Positions 54,201-64,000 of a DNA stretch of 64,000 nt are shown in pieces. This DNA comes from Eledone cirrhosa (lineage: Eukaryota): assembly GCA_964016885.1 (NCBI GenBank), contig OZ024742.1:367660001-367724000 (forward strand), read 5' to 3'. Each line of letters begins with the position of its first letter. Position 1 is the stretch's first letter. A model generated the notes under the pieces. It was not told the origin of the DNA and ran no database searches. It saw only the letters and a list, made by a program, of their open reading frames with translations. The position numbers and the translations under genes were made by a program.

Positions 54201-57200
54201 AGCTGGTTTTATCTGGTCCTGTATCATTTGGTGAGCACTATTGGTCGAATGTTCGATTGGAAAACCAGCTGGTTTTATCTGGTCCTGTATCATTTGGTGA
54301 TCACTCATGGTCGAATGTTCGATTGGGAAACCAGCTGCTTTTATCTGGTCCTGTATCATTTGGTGATCACTCATGGTCGAATGTTCGATTGGGAAACCAG
54401 CTGTTTTTATCTGGTCCTGTATCATTTGGTGATCACTCAAGTTCGAATGTTCGATTGGGAAACCAGCTGGTTTTATCTGGTCCTGTATCATTTGGTGATC
54501 ACTCATGGTCGAATGTTCGATTGGCAAACCAGCTGGTTTTATCTGGTCCTGTATCATTTGGTGATCAAGAATGGACGAATGTTCGATTGGGAAACCAGCT
54601 AGTTTTATCTGCTCCTGTATCATTTGGTGATCACTCATGGTCGAATGTTCGATTGGGAAACCAGCTGGTTCTATCTGGTCCTGTATCATTTGGTGATCAC
54701 TCATGGTCGAATGTTCGATTGGGAAACCAACTGGTTTTATCTGGTCCTGTATCATTTGGTGATCACTCATGGTCGAATGTTCGATTGGAAAACCAACTGG
54801 TTTTATCTGGTCCTGTATCATTTGGTGATCACTCATGGTCGAATGTTCGATTGGGAAACCAGCTGGTTTTATCGTTTTCTGTATCATTTGGTGATCACTA
54901 ATGGTCGAATGTTCGATTGGGAAACCAGCTGGTTTTATCTGGTCCTGTATCATTTGGTGATCACTCATGGTCGAATGTTCGATTGGAAAACCAACTGGTT
55001 TTATCTGGTCCTGTATCATTTGGTGATCACTCATGGTCGAATGTTCGATTGGAAAACCAGCTGGTTTTATCTGGTCCTGTATCATTTGGTGATCAGTATT
55101 GGTCGAATGTTCGATTGGGAAACCAGCTGGTTTATCTGGTCCTGAGTTATTTGGTGATCACTCATGGTCGAATGTTCGATTGGGAAACCAGCTGGTTTTA
55201 TCTGGGCCTGTGTCATTTGGTGATCACTAATGGTCGAATGTTCGATTGGGAAACAAGCTGGTTTTATCTGGTCCTGTATCATTTGGTGATCACTCATGGT
55301 CGAATGTTCGATTGGGAAACCAGCTGGTTCTATCTGGTCCTGTATCATTTGGTGATCACTAATGGTCGAATGTTCGATTGGGAAACCAGCTGGTTTTATC
55401 TGGTCCTGTATCATTTGGTGATCACTCATGGTCGAATGTTCGATTGGGAAACCAGCTGGTTTTATCTGGTCCTGTATCATTTGGTGATCACTATTGGTCG
55501 AATGTTCGATTGGGAAACAAGCTGGTTTTATCTGGTCCTGTATCATTTGGTGATCACTCATGGTCGAATGTTCGGTTGGAAAACCAGCTGGTTTTATCTG
55601 GTCCTGTATCATTTGGTGATCACTCATGGTCGAATGTTCGATTGGGAAACCAGCTGGTTTTATCTAGTCCTGTATCATTTGGTGATCACACATGGTCGAA
55701 TGTTCGATTGGGAAATCAGCTGGTTTTATCTGGTCCTGTATCATTTGGTGATCACTCAGGGTCGAATGTTCGATTGGAAAACCAGCTGGTTTTATCTGGT
55801 CCTGTATCATTTGGTGATCACTCATGGTCGAATGTTCGATTGGGAAACCAGCTGGTTTTATCTGGTCCTGTATCATTTGGTGATCACTCATGGTCGAATG
55901 TTCGATTGGGAAACCAGCTGGTTTTATCTGGTCCTGTATCATTTGGTGATCACTCATGGTCGAATGTTCGATTGCGAAACCAGCTGGTTTTATCTGGTCC
56001 TGTATCATTTGGTGATCACTCATGGTCGAATGTTCGATTGGGAAACCAGCTGGTTTTATCTGGTCCTGTATCATTTGGTGATCACTCATGGTCGAATGTT
56101 CGATTGGGAAACCAGCTGGTTTTATCTGGTCCTGTGTCATTTGGTGATCACTAATGGTGGAATGTTCGATTGGGAAACCAGCTCGTTTTATCTGGTCCTG
56201 TGTCATTTGGTGATCACTAATGGTCGAATGTTCGATTGGGAAAGCAGCTGGTTTTATCTGGTCCTGTGTCATTTGGTGATCACTAATGGTTGAATGTTCG
56301 ATTGGGAAACTAGCTGGTTTTATCTGGTCCTGTATCATTTGGTGATCACTCATGGTCGAATGTTCGATTGGGAAACCAGCTGGTTTTATCTGGTCCTGTA
56401 TCATTTTGTGATCACTAATGGTCGAATGTTTGATTGGGAAACTAGCTGGTTTTATCTGGTCCTGTATCATTTGGTGATACCTCATGGTCGAATGTTAGAT
56501 TGGAAAACCAGCTGGTTTTATCTGGTCCTGTATCATTTGGTGATCACTCATGGACGAATGTTCGATTGGGAAACCAGCTGGTTTTATCTGGTCCTGTATC
56601 ATTTGGTGATCACTCATGGTCGAATGTTCGATGGGGAAACCAGCTGGTTTTATCTGGTACTGTATCATTTGGTGATCACTCATGGTCAAATGTTCGATTG
56701 GGAAATCAGCTGGTTTTATCTGGTCCTGTATCATTTGGTGATCACTCATGGTCGAATGTTCGATTGGGAAACCAGCTGGTTTTATCTGTTCCTGTATCAT
56801 TTGGTGATCACTCATGGTCGAATGTTCGATTGGGAAACCAGCTGGTTATATCTGGTCCTGTATCAATTGGTGATCACTCATGGTCGAATGTTCGATTGGG
56901 AAACCAGCTGGTTTTATCTGGTCCTGTATCTTTTGGTGATCATATTGGTCGAATGTTCGATTGGGAAACCAGCTGGTTTTATATGGTCCTGTATCATTTG
57001 GTGATCACTCATGGTCGAATGTTCGATTGGAAAACCAGCTGGTTTTATCTGGTCCTGTATCATTTGGTGATCACTCATGGTCGAACGTTCGATTGGGAAA
57101 CCAGCTGGTTTTATCTGGTCCTTTATCATTTGGTGATCACACATGGTCGAATGTTCGATTGGGAAAACAGCCTGTTTTATCTGGTCCTGTATCATTTAGT

Positions 57201-60200
57201 GATCACTCATGGCCGAATGTTCGATTGGGAAACCAGCTGGTTTTATCTGGTCCTGTATCATTTGGTGATCACTCATGGTGGAATGTTCGATTGGAAAACC
57301 AGCTGGTTTTATCTGGTCCTGTGTCATTTGGTGATCACTAATGGTCGAATGTTCGATTGGAAAACCAGCTGGTTTTATCTGTTCCTGTGTCATCTGGTGA
57401 TCATATTGGTCGAATGTTCGATTGGGAAACCAGCTGGTTTGATCTGGTCCTGTGTCATTTGGTGATCACTCATGGTCGAATGTTCGATTGGAAAACCAGC
57501 TGGTTTTATCTGGTCCTGTATCATTTGGTGATCACTCATGGTCGAATGTTCGATTGGGAAACCAGCTGGTTTAATCTGGTCCTGTATCATTTGGTGATCA
57601 CTCATGGTCGAATGTTCGATTGGGAAACCAGCTGGTTCTATCTGGTCCTGTATCATTTGTTGATCCCTCATGGTCGAATGTTCGATTGGGAAACCAGCTG
57701 GTTTTATCTGGTCCTGTATCAATTGGTGATCACTCATGGTCGAATGTTCGATTGGGAAACCAGCTGGTTTTATCTGGTCCTTTATCATTTGGTGATCACT
57801 CATGGTCGAATGTTCGATTGGGAAAACAGCCTGTTTTATCTGGTCCTGTATCATTTGGTGATCACTCATGGCTGAATGTTCGATTGGGAAACCAGCTGGT
57901 TTTATCTGGTCCTGTATCATTTGGTGATCACTCATGGTGGAATGTTCGATTGGAAAACCAGCTGGTTTTATCTGGTCCTGTATCATTTGGTGATCACTAA
58001 TGGTCGAATGTTCGATTGGAAAACCAGCTGGTTTTATCTGTTCCTGTGTCATTTGGTGATCACTAATTGTCGAATGTTCAATTGGAAAATCAGCTGGTTT
58101 TATCTGGTCCTGTTTCATTTGGTGATCACTAATAGTCGAATGTTCGATTGGAAAATCAGCTGGTTTTATCTGGTCCTGTGTCATTTGGTGATCACTAATG
58201 GTCGAATGTTCGATTGGAAAACCAGCTGGTTGTATCTGGTCCTGTATCATTTGGTGATCACTCATGGTCGAATGTTCGATTGGGAAACCAGCTGGTTCTA
58301 TCTGGTCCTGTATCATTTGGTGATCACTAATGGTCGAATGTTCGATTGGGAAACCAGCTGGTTTTATCTGGTCCTGTATCATTTGGTGATCACTCATGGT
58401 CGAATGTTCGATTGGGAAACCAGCTGGTTTTATCTGGTCCTGTATCATTTGGTGATCACTATTGGTCGAATGTTCGATTGGGAAACAAGCTGGTTTTATC
58501 TGGTCCTGTATCATTTGGTGATCACTCATGGTCGAATGTTCGGTTGGAAAACCAGCTGGTTTTATCTGGTCCTGTATCATTTGGTGATCACTCATGGTCG
58601 AATGTTCGATTGGGAAACCAGCTGGTTTTATCTGGTCCTGTATCATTTGGTGATCACTCATGGTCGAATGTTCGATTGGGAAACCAGCTGGTTTTATCTG
58701 GTCCTGTATCATTTGGTGATCACTCATGGTCGAATGTTCGATTGGAAAACCAGCTGGTTTTATCTGGTCCTGTATCATTTGGTGATCACTCATGGTCGAA
58801 TGTTCGATTGGGAAACCAGCTGGTTTTATCTGGTCCTGTATCATTTGGTGATCACTCATGGTCGAATGTTCGATTGGGAAACCAGCTGGTTTTATCTGGT
58901 CCTGTATCATTTGGTGATCACTCATGGTCGAATGTTCGATTGCGAAACCAGCTGGTTTTATCTGGTCCTGTATCATTTGGTGATCACTCATGGTCGAATG
59001 TTCGATTGGGAAACCAGCTGGTTTTATCTGGTCCTGTATCATTTGGTGATCACTCATGGTCGAATGTTCGATTGGGAAACCAGCTGGTTTTATCTGGTCC
59101 TGTGTCATTTGGTGATCACTACTGGTCGAATGTTCGATTGGGAAACCAGCTGGTTTTATCTGGTCCTGTGTCATTTGGTGAGCACTAATGGTCGAATGTT
59201 CGATTGGGAAACCAGCTCGTTTTATCTGGTCCTGTGTCATTTGGTGATCACTAATGGTCGAATGTTCGATTGGGAAAGCAGCTGGTTTTATCTGGTCCTG
59301 TGTCATTTGGTGATCACTAATGGTCGAATGTTCTATTGGGAAACTAGCTGGTTTTATCTGGTCCTGTATCATTTGGTGATCACTCATGGTCGAATGTTCG
59401 ATTGGGAAACCAGCTGGTTTTATCTGGTCCTGTATCATTTTGTGATCACTAATGGTCGAATGTTTGATTGGGAAACTAGCTGGTTTTATCTGGTCCTGTA
59501 TCATTTGGTGATACCTCATGGTCGAATGTTCGATTGGAAAACCAGCTGGTTTTATCTGGTCCTGTATCAATTGGTGATCACTCATGGTCGAATGTTCGAT
59601 TGGAAAACCAGCTATTTTATCTGGTCCTGTATCATTTGGTGATCACTCATGGTCGAATGTTCGATTGGGAAACCAGCTGCTTTTATCTGGTCCTGTATCA
59701 TTTGGTGATCACTCATGGTCGAATGTTCGATTGGGAAACCAGCTGGTTTTATCTGGTCCTGTATCTTTTGGTGATCATATTGGTCGAATGTTCGATTGGA
59801 AAACCAGCTGGTTTTATCTGGTCCTGTATCATTTGGTGATCACTCATGGTCGAATGTTCGATTGGAAAACCAGCTGGTTTTATCTGGTCCTGTATCATTT
59901 GGTGATCACTCATGGTCGAATGTTCGATTGGGAAACCAGCTGGTTTTATCTGGTCCTTTATCATTTGGTGATCACACATGGTCGAATGTTCGATTGGGAA
60001 AACAGCCTGTTTTATCTGGTCCTGTATCATCTGGTGATCACTCATGGCCGAATGTTCGATTGGGAAACCAGCTGGTTTTATCTGGTCCTGTACCATTTGG
60101 TGATCACTCATGGTCGAATGTTCGATTGGGAAAACAGCCTGTTTTATCTGGTCCTGTAACATTTGGTGATCACTCATGGCCGAATGTTCGATTGGGAAAC

Positions 60201-61445
60201 CAGCTGGTTTTATCTGGTCCTGTATCATTTGGTGATCACTCATGGTGGAATGTTCGATTGGAAAACCAGCTGGTTTTATCTGGTCCTGTATCATTTGGTG
60301 ATCACTAATGGTCGAATGTTCGATTGGAAAACCAGCTGGTTTTATCTGTTCCTGTGTCATTTGGTGATCACTAATTGTCGAATGTTCGATTGGAAAATCA
60401 GCTGGTTTTATCTGGTCCTGTGTCATTTGGTGATCACTAATAGTCGAATGTTCGATTGGAAAATCAGCTGGTTTTATCTGGTCCTGTGTCATTTGGTGAT
60501 CACTAATGGTCGAATGTTCGATTGGAAAACCAGCTGGTTGTATCTGGTCCTGTATCATTTGGTGATCACTCATGGTCGAATGTTCGATTGGGAAACCAGC
60601 TGGTTTTATCTGGTCCTGTATCATTTGGTGATCACTCATGGTCGAATGTTCGATTGGGAAACCAGCTGGTTTTATCTGGTCCTGTATCATTTGGTGATCA
60701 CTCATGGTCGAATGTTCGATTGGGAAACCAGCTGGTTGTATCTGGTCCTGTATCATTTGGTGATCACTCATGGTCGAATGTTCGATTGGGAAACCAGCTG
60801 GTTCTATCTGGTCCTGTATCATTTGGTGATCACTCATGGTCGAATGTTCGATTTGGAAACCAGCTGGTTTTATCTGGTCCTGTATCAATTGGTGATCACT
60901 CATGGTCGAATGTTCGATTGGAAAACCAGCTAGTTTTATCTGGTCCTGTATCATTTGGTGATCACTCATGGTCGAATGTTCGATTGGGAAACCAGCTGCT
61001 TTTATCTGGTCCTGTATCATTTGGTGATCACTCATGGTCGAATGTTCGATTGGGAAACCAGCTGGTTTTATCTGGTCCTGTATCATTTGGTGATCACTCA
61101 TGGTCGAATGTTCGATTGGGAAACCAGCTGGTTTTATCTGGTCCTGTATCATTTGGTGATCATATTGGTCGAATGTTCGATTGGGAAACCAGCTGGTTTT
61201 ATCTGGTCCTGTATCATTTGGTGATCACTCGTGGTCGAATGTTCGATTGGAAAACCAGCTGGTTTTATCTGGTCCTGTATCATTTGGTGATCACTCATGG
61301 TCGAATGTTCGATTGGAAAACCAGCTGGTTTGACCTGGTCCTGTGTCATTTGGTGATCACTAATTGTCGAATCTTCGATTGGAAAACCAGCTGGTTTGAT
61401 CTGGTCCTGTGTCATTTGGTGATCACTAATGGTTGAATGTTCGAT
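46100..61445. repeat. Long duplication: ~46.1-53.1 kb repeated at ~54.9-61.4 kb (offset 8.3-8.8 kb)
   Basis: ORF pairs 46244/55082 (8838), 48273/56914 (8641), 48980/57620 and 49706/58346 (8640), 51274/59584 (8310), 52146/60522 (8376). Private variants TTTAATCT, TATATGG, TTTGACCT and CTGTACCAT occur in both copies. Confidence 0.88.
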
Positions 61446-63150
61446 TGGAAAACCAGCTGGTTTTATCTGGTCCTGTGTCATTTGGTGATCACTAATGGTC
61501 GAATGTTCGATTGGGAAACCAGCTGGTTTTATCTGGTCCTGTGTCATTTGGTGATCACTAATGGTCGAATGTTCGATTGGGAAACCAGCTGCTTTTATCT
61601 GGTCCTGTATCATTTGGTGATCATTCATGGTCGAATGTTCGATTGGGAAACCAGCTGGTTTTATCTGGTCCTGTATCATTTGGTGATCACTCATGGTCGA
61701 ATATTCGATTGGGAAACCAGCTGGTTTTATCTGGTCCTCTATCATTTGGTGATCATATTGGTCGAATGTTCGATTGGGAAACCAGCTGGTTTTATCTGGT
61801 CCTGTATCATTTGGTGATCACTCATGGTCAAATGTTCGATTGGAAAACCAGCTGGTTTTATCTGGTCCTGTATCATTTGGTGATCACTCATGGTCGAATG
61901 TTCGATTGGGAAACCAGCTGGTTTTATCTGGTCCTTTATCATTTGGTGATCACTCATGGTCGAATGTTCGATTGGGAAAACAGCCTGTTTTATCTGGTCC
62001 TGTATCATTTGGTGATCACTCATGGCCGAATGTTCGATTGGGAAACCAGCTGGTTTTATCTGGTCCTCTATCATTTGGTGATCACTCATGGTGGAATGTT
62101 CGATTGGAAAACCAGCTGGTTTTATCTGGTCCTGTATCATTTGGTGATCACTAATGGTCGAATGTTCGATTGGAAAACCAGCTGGTTTTATCTGTTCCTG
62201 TGTCATTTGGTGATCACTAATTGTCGAATGTTCGATTGGAAAATCAGCTGGTTTTATCTGGTCCTGTGTCATTTGGTGATCACTAATGGTTGAATGTTCG
62301 ATTGGAAAACCAGCTGGTTTTATCTGGTCCTGTGTCATTTGGTGATCACTAATGGTCGAATGTACGATTGGGAAACCAGCTGGTTTTATCTGGTCCTGTG
62401 TCATTTGGTGATCACTAATGGTCGAATGTTCGATTGGGAAACCAGCTGCTTTTATCTGGTCCTGTATCATTTGGTGATCATTCATGGTCGAATGTTCGAT
62501 TGGGAAACCAGCTGGTTTTATCTGGTCCTGTATCATTTGGTGATCACTCATGGTCGAATATTCGATTGGGAAACCAGCTGGTTTTATCTGGTCCTCTATC
62601 ATTTGGTGATCATATTGGTCGAATGTTCGATTGGGAAACCAGCTGGTTTTATCTGGTCCTGTATCATTTGGTGATCACTCATGGTCGAATCTTCGATTGG
62701 AAAACCAGCTGGTTTTATCTGGTCCTGTATCATTTGGTGATCACTCATGGTCGAATGTTCGATTGGGAAACCAGCTGGTTTTATCTGGTCCTTTATCATT
62801 TGGTGATCACTCATGGTCGAATGTTCGATTGGGAAAACAGCCTGTTTTATCTGGTCCTGTATCATTTGGTGATCACTCATGGCCGAATGTTCGATTGGGA
62901 AACCAGCTGGTTTTATCTGGTCCTCTATCATTTGGTGATCACTCATGGTGGAATGTTCGATTGGAAAACCAGCTGGTTTTATCTGGTCCTGTATCATTTG
63001 GTGATCACTAATGGTCGAATGTTCGATTGGAAAACCAGCTGGTTTTATCTGTTCCTGTGTCATTTGGTGATCACTAATTGTCGAATGTTCGATTGGAAAA
63101 TCAGCTGGTTTTATCTGGTCCTGTGTCATTTGGTGATCACTAATGGTCGA
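61400..63150. repeat. 13-monomer (857-bp) higher-order repeat x2
   Basis: ORFs 61437/62294, 61577/62434 and 61774/62631 are offset by 857 = 13x66-1. Variants GATCATTCAT, GAATATTCG and CCTCTATC occur in both copies. Confidence 0.88.
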
Positions 63151-64000
63151 ATGTTCGATTGGAAAATCAGCTGGTTTTATCTGGTCCTGTGTCATTTGGT
63201 GATCACTAATGGTCGAATGTTCGATTGGAAAACCAGCTGGTTGTATCTGGTCCTGTATCATTTGGTGATCACTCATGGTCGAATGTTCGATTGGGAAACC
63301 AGCTGGTTTTATCTGGCCCTGTATCATTTGGTGATCACTCATGGTCGAATGTTCGATTGGGAAACCAGCTCGTTTTATCTGGTCCTGTATCATTTGGTGA
63401 TCACTCATGGTCGAATGTTCGATTGGGAAACCAGCTGGTTGTATCTGGTCCTGTATCATTTGGTGATCACTCATGGTCGAATGTTCGATTGGAAAACCAG
63501 CTGGTTCTATCTGGTCATGTATCATTTGGTGATCACTCATGGTCGAATGTTCGATTGGGAAACCAGCTGGTTTTATCTGGTCCTGTATCAATTGGTGATC
63601 CCTCATGGTCGAATGTTCGATTGGAAAACCAGCTAGTTTTATCTGGTCCTGTATCATTTGGTGATCACTCATGGTCGAATGTTCGATTGGGAAACCAGCT
63701 GCTTTTATCTGGTCCTGTATCATTTGGTGATCACTCATGGTCAATGTTCGATTGGGAAACCAGCTGGTTTTATCTGGTCCTGTATCATTTGGTGATCACT
63801 CATGGTCGAATGTTCGATTGGGAAACCAGCTGGTTTTATCTGGTCCTGTATCATTTGCTGATCATATTGGTCGAATGTTCGATTGGGAAACCAGCTGGTT
63901 TTATCTGGTCCTGTATCATTTGGTGATCACTCGTGGTCGAATGTTCGATTGGAAAACCAGCTGGTTTTATCTGGTCCTTTATCATTTGGTGATCACTCAT

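Larger units (their letters stand above)
1..64000. repeat. Satellite DNA array of a 66-bp monomer, about 970 head-to-tail copies, running off both window ends
   Basis: Every line matches the 66-bp consensus with only a few substitutions per monomer, and all ORFs have a 22-aa period. 33 one-base deletions and 2 one-base insertions give (64000+31)/66 = 970 monomers + 11 nt, matching the terminal TGATCACTCAT. Confidence 0.99.

Noticed and set aside
1-64000. Long ORFs (up to 1804 aa) on both strands as protein-coding genes
   Set aside because: They are an artefact of a 66-bp unit that is stop-free in three overlapping frames. There are no unique N- or C-terminal domains, and ORF ends coincide with stop or frameshift variants that are duplicated along with the HORs.
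1-64000. CRISPR array (palindromic repeat with a ~66-bp period)
   Set aside because: The period resembles repeat plus spacer, but the entire unit is conserved. There are no unique spacers, leader or cas genes.
1-64000. Telomeric repeat or G-quadruplex array (G+T-rich + strand)
   Set aside because: There is only one GGG run per monomer and no short telomere-type unit. A subtelomeric or telomere-associated location cannot be judged from this window.
1-64000. Tandem tRNA, 5S, snRNA or spliced-leader gene array, or MITE/SINE
   Set aside because: Despite a GTTCGA, I see no cloverleaf, complete A/B boxes, spacer, terminal inverted repeats or target-site duplications.
1-64000. Pure sequencing or assembly artefact (concatemer)
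   Set aside because: Variants are structured, shared hierarchically between blocks and regionally layered, which is unlike random error. Local copy numbers could still be mis-assembled.
1-64000. Hidden unique insert or strand inversion within the array
   Set aside because: The ORF track shows the same peptides on the same strands throughout, and the indel bookkeeping closes exactly at 970 monomers + 11 nt.

Overview
The whole 64-kb window is one uninterrupted, head-to-tail, single-orientation tandem array of a 66-bp monomer. The consensus is TGATCACTCATGGTCGAATGTTCGATTGGGAAACCAGCTGGTTTTATCTGGTCCTGTATCATTTGG (29/66 G+C; 41/66 G+T on the + strand). By hand I count 33 single-base deletions and 2 single-base insertions, which reconciles exactly to 970 monomers plus 11 nt. 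I see no unique sequence, gene, RNA gene, transposon, CRISPR spacer or inversion. All ORFs in the track are translations of the repeat, because 66 is divisible by 3 and three frames are stop-free in the consensus. This is satellite DNA, most likely eukaryotic (peri)centromeric or heterochromatic; that placement is inference, and I do not recognise the family or organism. The points of interest are internal: three dyads per monomer, nested higher-order repeats (3-, 4-, 6-, 13-, 25-, 26- and 42-mers, plus duplications offset by about 5.5, 8.5, 12.6 and 35.8 kb), layered domains marked by different indel alleles, and footprints of a short gene conversion and of 8-bp template-switch mutations. I cannot support a novel protein-coding system here. 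Coordinates were read by eye and breakpoints are approximate.
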